The translations under genes and the position numbers were made by a program. A model generated the notes under the pieces. That model ran no database searches. It had not been told where the DNA came from and saw nothing but the letters and a program-made list of their open reading frames with translations. DNA of 64,000 bases from the human T2T-CHM13v2.0 reference genome, Homo sapiens. The stretch lies in assembly GCF_009914755.1 (NCBI RefSeq), contig NC_060938.1; one strand, 5' to 3'. Of this stretch, positions 17,117-33,023 are shown piece by piece (within the stretch, counting starts at the first letter, position 1; the number at the start of each line of letters is the position of its first letter).

Positions 17117-18011
17117 CCACCTTCACAGGTCACAAAAGGCTTTTTCCTACCTGCTTTTAAAGCCACACCTGCCTCACTGATGAGCCAGGATGCGGGTATG
17201 GGATGAACCATAAGGAGATGATAGTGACGCTGATTCAGTGAAGTGGATGCTTTTGGCTTTCAGCAAGAAGTTAACATTTTGGGGAACCTTGAATCCCAAA
17301 TGTGCAACTCAGTGACCCCCCTCTTCCCTGCCTGGGCCTCAATTTCCCCCTCAGTAGCAGAAGACCCAGGCTCCACAATCTGCTGAAACCCTGCAGCTGC
17401 ACGGGTGGGAGGCACCCCGTTCCCCGTGGGGCTTGCTCGCTGTCACCCAGCACTGACTCTAGGCTGAGTGCGGCGCTTCCCAGGCATTGCTGCCCAAGGC
17501 CGGTAGAGGTGACGAGTATTCTCCGAGGTCCGTGCCCGCTGCTGCGCTACTGTGTCCCAGTTGCGGCCACAGCCTGCTGGCTCATGGACCAGGCCCACTG
17601 CCCAGTGCCCACCTCGAGGTAGCTGTCCTCAATGTTCACTATAGGGGGACCGGGCATCTGAACTCACTCTGCTTGGTGTCTCCCTGCGCTCAGTGGCATG
17701 TTGTAGCAGGGCGCACAGGCCTGCGTTCCAGCCTGTGGGGTGGGAGGATGCACCCAGGGTTCCGGAAGGCCTGCTGGCAAGTCTGAGAGATGCTTCGAGA
17801 GCAGGTCCCCTGGCCAGGAAGGCAGCCCCAGGGCTTACTGCCCCTCAAGGCCCAGCCTCTGTCAGTGGCCCGTGCAGTTTCACTTAAGGTGGAAATGTGC
17901 CCGTCGGGGAGGCCTTCCACCTTGAAGAACCTGGGAAGGTGATTGTCTTCAGAATTTTTTCAGTCTTGCTAATTGTGTGGAAGAAGAAGAAGGGCTCAGC
18001 TTGGTGCTAAT

Positions 18012-18280
18012 GTTTTTGTTTTTGTTCTTGAGGGTCTCCCCTCTGCCATCATAGCTCACTGCAGCCTTAAGCTCCTGGGCTCAAGTGATCCTCCCACCTC
18101 AGCTCCCGAGTAGCTGGGACTACAGGCACGCGCCACCACGCCCAGCTAATTTTTGTATTTTTTGTAGAGACGGGTCTCATCGTGTTGCCCAGGGTGTTCT
18201 AGAACTCCTGGGCTCAAGTGATGCACCCGCCTTGGCCTCCCAAATTGCTGGATTACAGACATGAACCACAGCACCTGGCC
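18012..18280 (-). mobile_element. Alu (J-like, small internal deletion)
   Basis: Reverse dimer lacking 'caggctggagtgcagtgg'. Confidence 0.9.
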
Positions 18281-18364
18281 TGCTAATGTTTTTAACACCT
18301 CTCTGACACCCGTTCACCCCTATTTTCCAACTGAGTGTGTCTCAGGGCCACATCCTCCAGCTGA

Positions 18365-18856
<492 letters not shown>

Positions 18857-20697
18857 TGAAGGAAATTTACTAAAGTGAAAAGAGGATACAGTGTTACGAG
18901 AAATAATTAGTAACTGTGGACGTAAAATGTATTTAATTTTAAAATTTAATTTAATTTAACATTGTTAAATAAACAAGAGCTAGGGGGCTCTGCAGCTCTG
19001 GACCATGCCTGAGTGTGGCTCCTGCAGGCCTCTGGGTGGGTGAGCCCCATTCAGCCCCATAGCTCCTGCTTAGACTGCACTTGACCCAGACGGGGGACAG
19101 ACATGCTCTGTCTCCACTATGGCCACGTCATGTGCTGTGCAGCTCTGAGCCTGATGACAGCACAACTTGGTTTACCCGATTCCCTGGGATCAAAGCAGGG
19201 GTCCAGTGTCTCCTGCCCAGGAGGGATCATGGGGAGGGGACCCTCCCTCTTCCCTGGGACTTGAGGGCAGGGTTCCAGAGGCAGGTTCAGACTGTCGCCG
19301 AGGAGAGCATCTCTGGCCTCTCTGATCTGATGCTGTGTGGGGGCCGTGATGACTCTCTCCTGTATGTGAAGGGCCCACATGCTCTGGGTGACTCAACTTC
19401 TGGGTTTAGGTCTTGTCTTCCCTGGAGCTGAGCCTGCCATTTCTTCTATTGAATACGCAATTATAGGATGCTTCTTCTGGGCCCTGGGCTTTTCACCAAT
19501 ACAAACTCATTTAATCCTACTCACAGCCCAGTAGGGGAGGTACTGTTGGTCTACCCATTTCACAGACGGGGAAGCTGAGGAAGAGTGATTCAGGTCAGAC
19601 AACCAGGAAGGAATGGATTGGATGTGATGTTCATCAACATGGTGGCAGACAACTGAAGTTGGAAATGGCAGCCCAGCCCTTGCAGTTGACAGAAGGCCTG
19701 GGGTTCCCGCACTGTAACCAAGGGGGCTGGTGTCAGAGTGCTCGCCAAGCCAGAGTGTCCTCCTCCGTTAATGGGGTGATGCTACACACCCCACAGGGTA
19801 AGTGGCAGGATTGCAGGAGACAGCGTGCAGACAGGACCTGGCATGGTGGGTGACTCTGTCACCAAGACTCTTCCGTTCTTCCCTCCCTGCCCTCGCTTCT
19901 CACTCCTGAGGGCATCACCCTCACTCTTACCTCACCTGTTCACCAGAAGCACACTAAAAAAACATATGTAAGCATTAGAAACGGTGCCAGGTGGGGCCAA
20001 GTTCCTGACTTCTTCAGCTGGCTCCACCACCACCTGCTGTGTGATCTTGGTCTAATCCCTACCCTCTCTGGGCCTCACACTCTGCCTCTGTAAACAGGTG
20101 GATGTCATCCCAGATGAGGAGTCAGAAACCTACAGCCCTTGCGCCAAATCAGACACTGCCTGTTACAACGGCAGAGTTGAATACTGGTGACGGATACCTA
20201 AAATAGTTACTCTGGCCCTCCAAAGTTTCCCAGCCCCTGTTCTGGAAGATCTGGGCAGAGACTTTGTTTTGTTCACTGAATTTGCTCTTGCCAAGTCTAG
20301 AACAGCACTGGACCCCGTGGGCTTTCAGTAGATGCCTGTTGAATGAATTAATTTCTGAGAGCTCTGCCACCTTTGATTATCTAAGACCACGATCACGACT
20401 TGTGGACTGGGGTCACCACAAAGGCCTGTGACTCACGTGCTTCCTCCAGCTGCCATACAGCAGACAGCTCAAGGGCTACGGCAGTCATGGAGGTGTGCCC
20501 TTCAGATCCATGCCCCTTAGGTCTGTGCCCCTCAGATCGTTCTTAAAAAAGGAATCCACTGTTCAGCTGCAAGGAGGGCAGCTGGCTGACAGCTCCAGCT
20601 GTTGGAGCCCTCTGGACCCACCTCCTCTTTCCAGCCCTGGCTATGCATTTCCAGTATTAGGGCCTCACCACTTATGCCGAATCCAGGACTCCTTTAG

Positions 20698-21447
<750 letters not shown>

Positions 21448-22184
21448 TGAGGGGCCCATGACTCCCGCCCTCCTGTATTTGGGAGCAGGAGGAAGCAGGT
21501 GCAGGAGCAGTGTCATTGCAGACCGCAGTGTCCGCTTTATTGGAACAGCTGATTCAAGAGCTAGGCTTAGATCAGAGGCCAAATGCAAATCCCTGAGACT
21601 TTCTGTGCAGAGTTAAATTCACACACAGCCGCGAGCCCCCTTCCCATCCTGAAAAGAGGGTCTGAGCTGCACCCCGTCAGTTCCCCATCCCAAAGTCACC
21701 ATCAGCTAAGTGACTCCTCCTCCCAGGGACAAGATTGAGTCAAGGGCTAGTGAAAGAAGAGGCCAGACTGTTTACCTCTCACTTTTTTATCCTGCAGAGG
21801 GGAGAACAAACTCTTCCCTCTCTTCCCTCTCTACATGTCTCAGATCACACATGTAGGCTGTTGGTGGTGGAGTTGGAATTAGAGAAACGCATTATCGAGC
21901 ACAACATGTTGAGAGGTCTGGCAAGAAAGAGACAGCCTCCTGCACAGCTGGCATCTGGGGAGAGTGTAACCCAGGGACTGGTCCCAGAGTTGGCAAGGCA
22001 AGGGGTACAGACACATCACGGACTAGTGAGGGGATGGCATTACCACCCCAGTGTTGCAGGGGCACGTGGAGAAACTGTGGCGGGAGCCCTGTGGGAGCTG
22101 AGCTTGGCTGAAGCCACAGAGCAAAGGAACTGGGGTAGTGACGTCATGTGGCAACCTCTCCAGGCACAGGGCCTCAGAGGAAGA

Positions 22185-22256
22185 ATCCCAAGGGGTGGAG
22201 GAGGCATCCCGAGGGGTGGAGGAGGGATCCCAGTGGATGGAAGGGGATCCCAAAGG
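22185..22256 (+). repeat. About 21-bp G-rich tandem repeat (about 3.5 copies)
   Basis: atcccaaggggtggaggaggc / atcccgaggggtggaggaggg / atcccagtggatggaagggg / atccc. Confidence 0.85.
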
Positions 22257-22899
22257 GTAAGGTTGAGCCCAAAACAAAGAGCAAGAACGCGGGAGCCCAC
22301 CATGCTGTGCACCTTATGTACAGTGGTTCACTTCATCCCCCAGGATGCTTCAAGGTAGGAGACATTTCCCCCTTTTATAGATGAGAAAACTGAGGCTCAG
22401 AGAGGTTAGGAGCCTTGGCCAAAGGATACCAGCAAAGAGTCATGGCGTCAATCACGGGACCTCCATCTTTAACATCTTTCCACTCCCTCTCGTCTCACCT
22501 TCACAGCAGACGGCGAGAGGGATCACCAGGCTCCCTGGGGCTCTGGCTGGGTCACCGCCAGGCAGGGAAATGCTTGCTTTTCCTGACTGAAAGGATTCAA
22601 AGTCTTAGAAAGTCATCCTGCCTTTGTTCCAAGAGCCATTCTATTTGCCGTTTCTGTGGCAAAGTGCGAGTCTCTGCTAATCAAGCCCCAAAGGCTATTG
22701 ACTCTGGGAGCTTTCAGCATCATTACCCCAGTGCACCCCTCATTGCATTTCTCCAGACATGTAGAAACATCTGTTGAGCATTTGGTTGTGAAACACTCAG
22801 GTGCTCCTCTTCAGGACCACTCACATGAATGGATCCACAGGCAGCTGGAAAAAACAGAGCAAGAGGCTGTGAGAAGGGGCCTCCCCTATCATTGATGGT

Positions 22900-23160
22900 G
22901 AGGCCAGAAATTCACTGGAGTTCGTGACCAGCCTGGGCAACATAGTGAGACCCATCTCTACAAAAAATACAAAAATCAGCCACTCGTGGTGGCATGTGCC
23001 TGTGGTCCCAGCTACTCTGGAGGCTGAGGCAGGAGGATAGCTTGAGCCTCGGAGGTGGATGTTGCAGTGACCCGAGATCAAATCACTGCACTCCTGCCTG
23101 GGTGGCAGAGTGAGACTCTGTCTCCAAAGGAAAAAAAGAAAAAAGAAAGAAAAGAAAAGA
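22900..23160 (+). mobile_element. Alu (J-like, 5'-truncated)
   Basis: Starts mid left arm. Confidence 0.88.
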
Positions 23161-23169
23161 GAGAATCCA

Positions 23170-23599
<430 letters not shown>

Positions 23600-23909
23600 T
23601 CAGTGCAGTGAGGAGGGAACAGTAGGGATGCTGCCCTCAGGTTCCCCATAGTGGACGCTTCATAAATGGCTCTTAGATGAGTGAGCACCTACCTTGTGCC
23701 TGTAGGGTGCTGTCCAGGGAAGGTGCCCTGCACAGAGTCAGATGCCCCAACAGAGCATGGCAGTGTGATTACTGCCAGTGGCTCTAGGCAACAGAACCTG
23801 GCGTTGAATTCTGTCTTCCCTGCTTGTTAGCTGTGTGATCATGGAGAAGCATTGTCCTTTTCAATCTTGTTTTCCAACTGGGTTTGGAAAAAAAAAAAAA
23901 AAAAAGGAT

Positions 23910-24208
23910 TGGTGGGGCACAGTGGCTCGTGCCTATAATCTTAACAATTTGGGAGGCCCAGGCTGGAGGACTGCTTGAGTTCAGGAGTTTAGGACCAATC
24001 TGGGTAACATAGTGAGACCCCTGCCTCTACAAAAAAAAAATTAAAAATTATCCAAGGGTGGTAGTGCATGTCTGTGGTCTCAGCTACTCAAGGGGCTGAG
24101 GTGAGAGGATCGCTAGAGCAACAGGAGGTTGAGGCTGCAATGAGCTGGGATTGTGCCACTGCACTCCAGCCTGGGTGACAGAGTGAGATCGTGTCTCAGA
24201 AAAAAAGA
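23910..24208 (+). mobile_element. Alu (J-like)
   Basis: Diverged dimer. Confidence 0.92.
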
Positions 24209-24403
24209 AGCATCATAAACAAAGACCACAGTGACAGCTCATAGGGCTGGTGACAAATATTAAATGATGTAAGAGTTGGAAATAGTTAACCCAGTAATTG
24301 GTATATTAAAAGCATGTGATGAATGATACCTGTGGTTATAGTAATTAGCTATGTGGCTCTGGACAGTTTACTTAACCTACCTGTGCTTTAATTCCCTTAT
24401 CTA

Positions 24404-24762
<359 letters not shown>

Positions 24763-25526
24763 TTACATGAGATAACACAGTGAAGTGCTTGGCCCAGGCT
24801 GCCTGGCACACAGTAGGAATTCGGTAAAGTCTAGCTCTCTAATCAGCAACCATCATTATCATCAACTACACCAATCTCAATTCTCCCACCTAATTCTTAC
24901 TCATCTGCATGGATCACCTCCTCCAGGAAGTCCTCCATGACCTTGCTGTGAGATCTTAAACCAGCTTCACAACTTTACCCCTCCCTCTATTACTCACCTA
25001 CTTCTTCTTCCCTGAGGCCACAATCTGGTTCCTCTTCTCCCTATCCTCCCAGTATCTAAGTCAGGGCACATTCTGCAGTAGGCTGTCATTGGATGAACGA
25101 AATGGAGTTGAACTTAATAAATGTTACTTGAAACTAAATCTGAATACAGGTGATAAGGGAAACAAAAGAGAAATATTACCAGAAGGCAATCATCCCCGCT
25201 TTCCAGGACTGAGGCTGAGAGATTAAGTCAATTGCTCCAGATCACCCAGCAAGGAAGTGGCAGGTCTAACCTAGAATGCAGGCCTGTGACCCCTTCCCTT
25301 GATGCCGCCAAGCCTCAGAGGGACTTGTATTTCTTTTTTCTTTCTACTTTTGCCCAGTGGTGCCATCTTGAGCAACTCCAGCTCAGATACATTTTCCCAG
25401 TGTTTCCTTCCGCCTACATCCAAATTCCTGGGTCCAGCCAATCACCAGGGCCCCTGCCCAGGACACATCCAACTCAAAGGAGAAACTTCTGATGTCTTCC
25501 AAAGTTTACATTTAATCAAGGATTTT

Positions 25527-25835
25527 GGCCAGGTACAGTGGCTCACACCTGTAATCCCAGCACTTTGGGAGGCTGAGGCGGGCAGATTACTTGAGGCCAA
25601 GAGTTCAAAACCAGCCTGGGCAATATGGTAAAACCCTGCCTCTACTAAAAATACAAAAATTGGCCAGGTATGTTGGTGCATCCCTGTAGTCCCAGCTACT
25701 CAGGAGGCTGAGGCATGAGAATCTCTTGAATCTGGGTGGCGGAGGTTGGCAGTGAGCCAAGATCGCACCCCTGTACTCCAGCCTAGGTGACAGAGACCCT
25801 GTTTCAAAAAAATTTAAAAATAAAAATAAAAAAAT
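25527..25835 (+). mobile_element. Alu
   Basis: Dimer; TSD atcaaggattt. Confidence 0.95.
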
Positions 25836-25932
25836 AACATCAAGGATTTCACTGCATTCTACATTGTGTTAGAAGCTGGGGAGTCCATGCCGAACAAAGT
25901 TGTCAATCAATGTCCCTGCCCTCACAGGGAGA

Positions 25933-25980
25933 GTGTGTGTGTGTGTGTGTGTATGTGTGTGTGTGTCTGCGTGTGTGTGT
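25933..25980 (+). repeat. Imperfect (GT)n
   Basis: GT run with interruptions. Confidence 0.9.
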
Positions 25981-26630
25981 ACGCAAGAAGTGAAAAGAAG
26001 GAAATAAAAGGGGGGTGGGCCTTGAAGAAGGTGGTCAGGGAAGGCCTCTCCAAGGAGGTAACACAAAAGCAGAGATCACCTTCTCCCAGACTTGACTTGA
26101 GACACTGCTCTGCCCACCCCCACCAGACACTCATGCGCTCACTGCAGGGCAGCTGTTCCCCATCCCAGGGTGCAATCCATCCCCTGGGACCATGGTCTAG
26201 CGCAGACCTAAGGCAATGGGTCTGGTCCAGGGTCCAAGATCCTGCATTCTTTCCAAGCCCCTGGGTGAGGCTGCTGCTGCTGGTCTGTGACCCCACTGAG
26301 CAGGGCAAGGGATACCGAGACCCCTCCATAGAGCTCTTTGCCCTAAGTCTTCCCTTCTAGCCCCTTCCTCCAGACCCTTCGTTAGCACTAACACTAGGTA
26401 GAAATGGGTGGCAAGAACTAGCTAGAGTTTCCCTTAGATACTCCTGATAACCCCTCCACTCTTCGGTATGGACCTTTTACAGTCTTATTAAAGTGATACA
26501 AAGGAAGGTCCAAGCCCCTGCAAACACCATGCTTCTAGCCCAACTACCCCCGATCCTGCTACATAGAAGTGTTGAATCCCATTGTCCCTGTTCTTCAGAG
26601 CATGTCATCATGGTTAAGACAAGAACTCTG

Positions 26631-26936
<306 letters not shown>

Positions 26937-26948
26937 ACAGGAACTCTA

Positions 26949-27102
26949 GGCTACTTGCAGTGGCTCACACCAGTAATACTAGCACTTTGGGAGGCCAAGG
27001 AGGGAGGATTGCTTGAGGCCAAGAGTTCAAGACCAACCTGGCCAAAATAGCGAGACTCTATTTTGGAAAAAACAAAAAAAATGTTAAAAAAAAAAAAAAA
27101 AA
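26949..27102 (+). mobile_element. FLAM monomer
   Basis: Single left arm with A-tail. Confidence 0.85.
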
Positions 27103-27109
27103 GGGAGAT

Positions 27110-27320
27110 CTGGAGCCAGGCAGCCTCGGTTGCAATCCTGAATCTGCTTTCTACTTACTATGTGGACTTGGGCAAGTTTCATACACTCAGTTTTCTTACC
27201 TGTAAAATGGGCATAACAGTAGTATACCTACTTCAGGGCTGTTATGAGAGTTTAGTGAGTCAGTTCTGGGAAAGCACTTAGAAGATGGCATATAGTAACT
27301 ACTAGGAAAGGTTTGTTAGG
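27110..27320 (+). mobile_element. MIR
   Basis: 'acttactatgtggacttgggcaagtt…ctcagttttcttacctgtaaaatgggcataac'. Confidence 0.8.
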
Positions 27321-27673
27321 TAATTAATTAATTACATTGCACTTTACATTGCCAAAAACCGCAGCCCATTTGTGGTCACTGTTCTCAGCAACAAGAGTGT
27401 CCCTTGTCACTTGTGTCAGCACTTTTTTTCATAGCAACCTTGACAACTGGTATTATTAAGCCCATTTCATAGATGAGTAATCTAGGGCCCAGAAACATTT
27501 AAGTGAGTTGCACAGCCCATGGTAAGTTGGTTGTCAAGTAAATGAGGGCACAGATCAATTTATCTCCTGTCCTGGTCATAGCACTGGACAAGAGATAAAT
27601 TGATCTATGCCCTCAAAGCACCTTTTTCCCAGCTATAAAATCCCATACGTAGCATGCTACTTTACTTGGGCCC

Positions 27674-28030
<357 letters not shown>

Positions 28031-30097
28031 TGAGGGCCTATCAGGTACAAAGCACTTTGCATCATCTGGGGGCCAAGGTGTGCAAATGTCATTCCCCAGA
28101 CCCCTGAGCCCACTGGCTTCCTGCTGTGATCTGCCAAGAGGGGGCACTAGCAGGAGACTAGACAGCAGGAGGAAGTGAGCGGCACCGCCTTCTTCCCCCC
28201 TGCCCATTGCTCCTATTGGCATCTCCTGGCACTAGTCCTTCACCCCAATTCCACAGCACTGGCATTTTCATTTCTACCCCTCAGAAGTACCAGCAGCAAC
28301 ATAGCCCCACCCCATCTTGGGGGTTCCTGGCTTCAGAGATGCCCACGCTCAGTCCTCTTGTGTCCTCTTCTCCTCCCGTGGCCACTGCTTCCTGAGTTGG
28401 TCTCTGGGTGAGCTCAGCACTGTTTGCTCTTTCATCACCTGGGGAGTCACTCTGCACATCAGTCCCCTCCCTGCAGTGCCTCCTGTAGCTTGTTCTCCCG
28501 GACGCACCCCACTCATACAGTACTTGCCAGGAGAAGTCCTGGAAGAGCGACCCACAAAGACAGGTTTTTGAATCAGCCTGCCTATGAGCTAGTCTTGCAG
28601 AGTGGCACACTGGTGACCCTTGGCAGGCACGGTGGCGACACTTGCTACTCATCAGGTCATCGCTTCTGTTGGGATAAAACGCCTTTGTAGCACGCGCTGC
28701 TGCTTGCCTTGATCCTGTTCATGTATATATTGGTTCAGTCACTTGTCCTCTTTCTGACAACTGAAATCTGAGAGACTCTGTGGCCCTGGTGGGCATTTGA
28801 ACCCACGTCTATCTGACTCCCATTCCAAGGGAAGGATCACATGAACGGTCAGACCAAGCTGTGACTTCCAACTTTGACCAGGGCCAGGGTCACCAAACTG
28901 GAAGAGAGAAATAAAAGCTGTGCCGGACAGTTGGAGGCAGACGGGCTGGGAGTCAGGTGCCCCAGGTCCACATCCTGGCTTAACCATCCACGGCCGCTGG
29001 GGAACCGAAGTGTTGAATTTAGCTCTTTTGTGTCTCAGTTTCCCAGTCTGAAACAGGGACCTGCATCTTTGGGTGTTTGTGAGGATAAAACTTCACTGGG
29101 AGATTATCAGGCTATTATTAGGAAAATCACATCAAATTCAAGGATTCCGGGAATCCTGGTTTTGGGAGATAAGCAGGCATTTGCTCACAAAGACCACAAT
29201 GAATTTAAAATGAACACTCACTCCATGTCAGCTGGCTTTCTCCTGAGCAGCAACCTGCTGACCGTCCTTTGCTTCTACTTCTGACACACCCAGCCCAGGG
29301 TCCTACTCTCCCCACCTCCATGCCCCAACCCCAGTGTCCTGGGTCCTGATAAAAAGCTGTGTGACCTCGGACAAAGCGCTTCATCTCTCTGAGCCTCTGC
29401 TTTCACATCTATAAAACGGTAATGGGAGAATCAAATAAGATAATGTCTGTTAAGTGCCTGTGGGGAGGGTGGTATATAGTAGGTCTAGGGAAATAATAGT
29501 TTGTCCCTTTGTGCAGTGCCTTTATTTCTGCCACCCAAAGGTGCTCTTTTGTGGGGTGGGAGGGAATGGAAAGCATGTCTGGAAGAGAACCCATCTCATT
29601 CATTCATTCATTCACTACTCACTCTATAAAATGCATCTTATGTACTTGAGGGAAGGAGACCCCTGCCAAAAGTTATCACCGAATCTGGCCAAAGCTAAAA
29701 TAACTACCAGCTCAGCCTCTAGGGGCTCCAGTCTGAGGAAGCCAGACCTGAAGGTGAAGGCAACATGCTTGAGGCAGTGCTGGAAGAGAGCCCTCGGGAG
29801 GAGGCGGCTTTCTCCTGGGTCATGAAGGTGGGGTAGGGGTTGTCAGAGCCAATGAGAGCATTCCAGAGAGAAGGCCCAACACTGCAAATGCAAAAGCCTT
29901 CAGGAATGGATATAAGTGTAACTCAGCACGGACTAAACAGGATGTGAAGGGCCCATCCTGCAGGGCCTTAAAGGCTGGGCTGTAATGGATGGGAACATTA
30001 AAGAGAGGGGGAGAATGGAAAGTTCAGGAATGGAAAAATGAGAGTGAAGGGGAACAGAAAAAACGATGGGAACGTGATAGAGGGAAGAGGGGGATCA

Positions 30098-30607
<510 letters not shown>

Positions 30608-31020
30608 CTAGAGGGTGCTTGAGTGGGTGTCAGGGCTAGACAAAGGAGTTACTGCCAGACCATGAAGGGCTACGGATGCCTGGCTGAGACCCGTCACTTT
30701 ATCAAACTAGGGCCATGTCCCTCCGCAGATCTCCAGATGCGTGCCTGGGGATCAAGAAATCAATTTGCAAGTGCTATAGTGAAAAAAAAAAGGCATTAAT
30801 GGTAAGCTTTGTGCTCATCAGAGTCCTAATTTCCATTGGTTTTTGGTTTTTCGGCTCTATATATTCTAAATGTGCCTTTCATTTCGTTTTTCCACCCTTT
30901 GAGGACATCTGTTTGACATTTGCCTCATATGATTGGGGAGGGAATTGGTACTAGGCAAGTCCTTTGTGATGTCTTTGCCTTGAAGTGCTAGTCCACAAAT
31001 GTGCCTAAGAGCATCCGGCA

Positions 31021-31093
31021 GCCGCTTGCTCTCTCATGAAGCTCCCTAATGTGGTGCGCACCTTCCCATCCTTAGGAGCTTCATGAAGACGGC
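31021..31093. other. Pre-miRNA-sized stem-loop
   Basis: Perfect 12-bp inverted repeat tcatgaagctcc (31034-31045) / ggagcttcatga (31075-31086), extendable on both sides. Confidence 0.4.
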
Positions 31094-31524
31094 TCGACTT
31101 CCAAGTCAATGTATTTAAAATGTATTGATTTTTAGGCCAATACAGGGTAACTTCACATGTTTCCAATTTACGGGTTCCAGCCCAGCATATTGTAACATGG
31201 ATTTTATATACATGTATAGTCAGTTTTCTCTTTTCGTTTTTTGCCAGTAGGGTTTGCTTTGCCTATGTATTTCCATTTTAATTTGGCTAAGTAGTGCTGA
31301 GCTGAACCTGTGGACTTTCAGTATGAGACAAACACATAAATTTCTAAGTTGCTAGCTGATAGTGATGGTTTCAGGAGACTCTGTGAACAGAACTTTATTT
31401 ACTGAGCACTTACTATGTGTGGTCACTGTTCTAAATGTTTTTTCTTTGATCTCTCTCTTGTCTTTCTTTTTATTTCTTTCCAAACGGGAATACCTTTCTT
31501 TTGTTTTGGGGGTGTGTGTGGTTT

Positions 31525-31785
31525 TATGTTTTTTTTGTTTTTTTGAGACAGGGTCTCAGTCTGTTGCTCAGGCTGGAGTGCAGTGGTGCAATCATGGCTC
31601 ACCATAGCCTCGACCTCCCAGGCTCAGCCTCTCGAGTAGCTGGACTACAGGCATGTGCAACCACACCTGGCTGATTTTGTTTATAGAGACGGGGTCTCAC
31701 TATATTGCCCAGGCTAGTCTCAAACTCCTGGGTTCAAGTGATCCTCCACATGGGCCTCCCAAAGTGCTAGGATTATGGGGTGGCA
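31525..31785 (-). mobile_element. Alu (J-like, internal deletions)
   Basis: Reverse diverged dimer. Confidence 0.88.
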
Positions 31786-31838
31786 TACCTTTCATTCTGA
31801 TTATAAATTAAAGTCAGGTACATTTAAAAACAAATCAG

Positions 31839-32740
<902 letters not shown>

Positions 32741-32810
32741 CCCTGAGAAAACAGGCAGCAGCAGGATCCATTCCTACCATTGTAGATTCTACCCCCCACC
32801 CGCCCACCAG

Positions 32811-32941
32811 GGGAATCTGGCTGCAGGAAAAACCATCCAAGCGCAAGACAGAGATGCTGTGGGCATCCTCAGTTCCAGAACTGGGGAATCCATGGAAAAC
32901 CTGCAGAAAAACTTGCTGCCCAAGCAGAGGAGGCGAAGCAG
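32811..32941 (+). other. Candidate internal exon (131 nt) in frame with the RPSA retrocopy
   Basis: C-rich tract plus CAG acceptor (AG 32809-32810). Open frame GNLAAGKTIQAQDRDAVGILSSRTGESMENLQKNLLPKQRRRS, with ATG at 32892. Donor CAG|GTGGGC is phase 2; further phase-2 donors follow 32980, 33019 and 33064 (AAG|GTGAGT). Confidence 0.5.
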
Positions 32942-33023
32942 GTGGGCGGCCACGGGACACCTGTGTGTGAATGAGAGCAGGTGGGTGGCCACGGGGCACC
33001 TGTGTGTGAATGAAAGCAGGTGG
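32937..33023 (+). repeat. 39-bp tandem repeat (about 2.2 copies)
   Basis: agcaggtgggcggccacgggacacctgtgtgtgaatgag / agcaggtgggtggccacggggcacctgtgtgtgaatgaa / agcaggtgg. Confidence 0.95.

Noticed and set aside
21735-22358. 207-aa ORF with GIPRGGG repeats
   Set aside because: TTG start, the repeat is just the 21-bp minisatellite, and there is no domain similarity.
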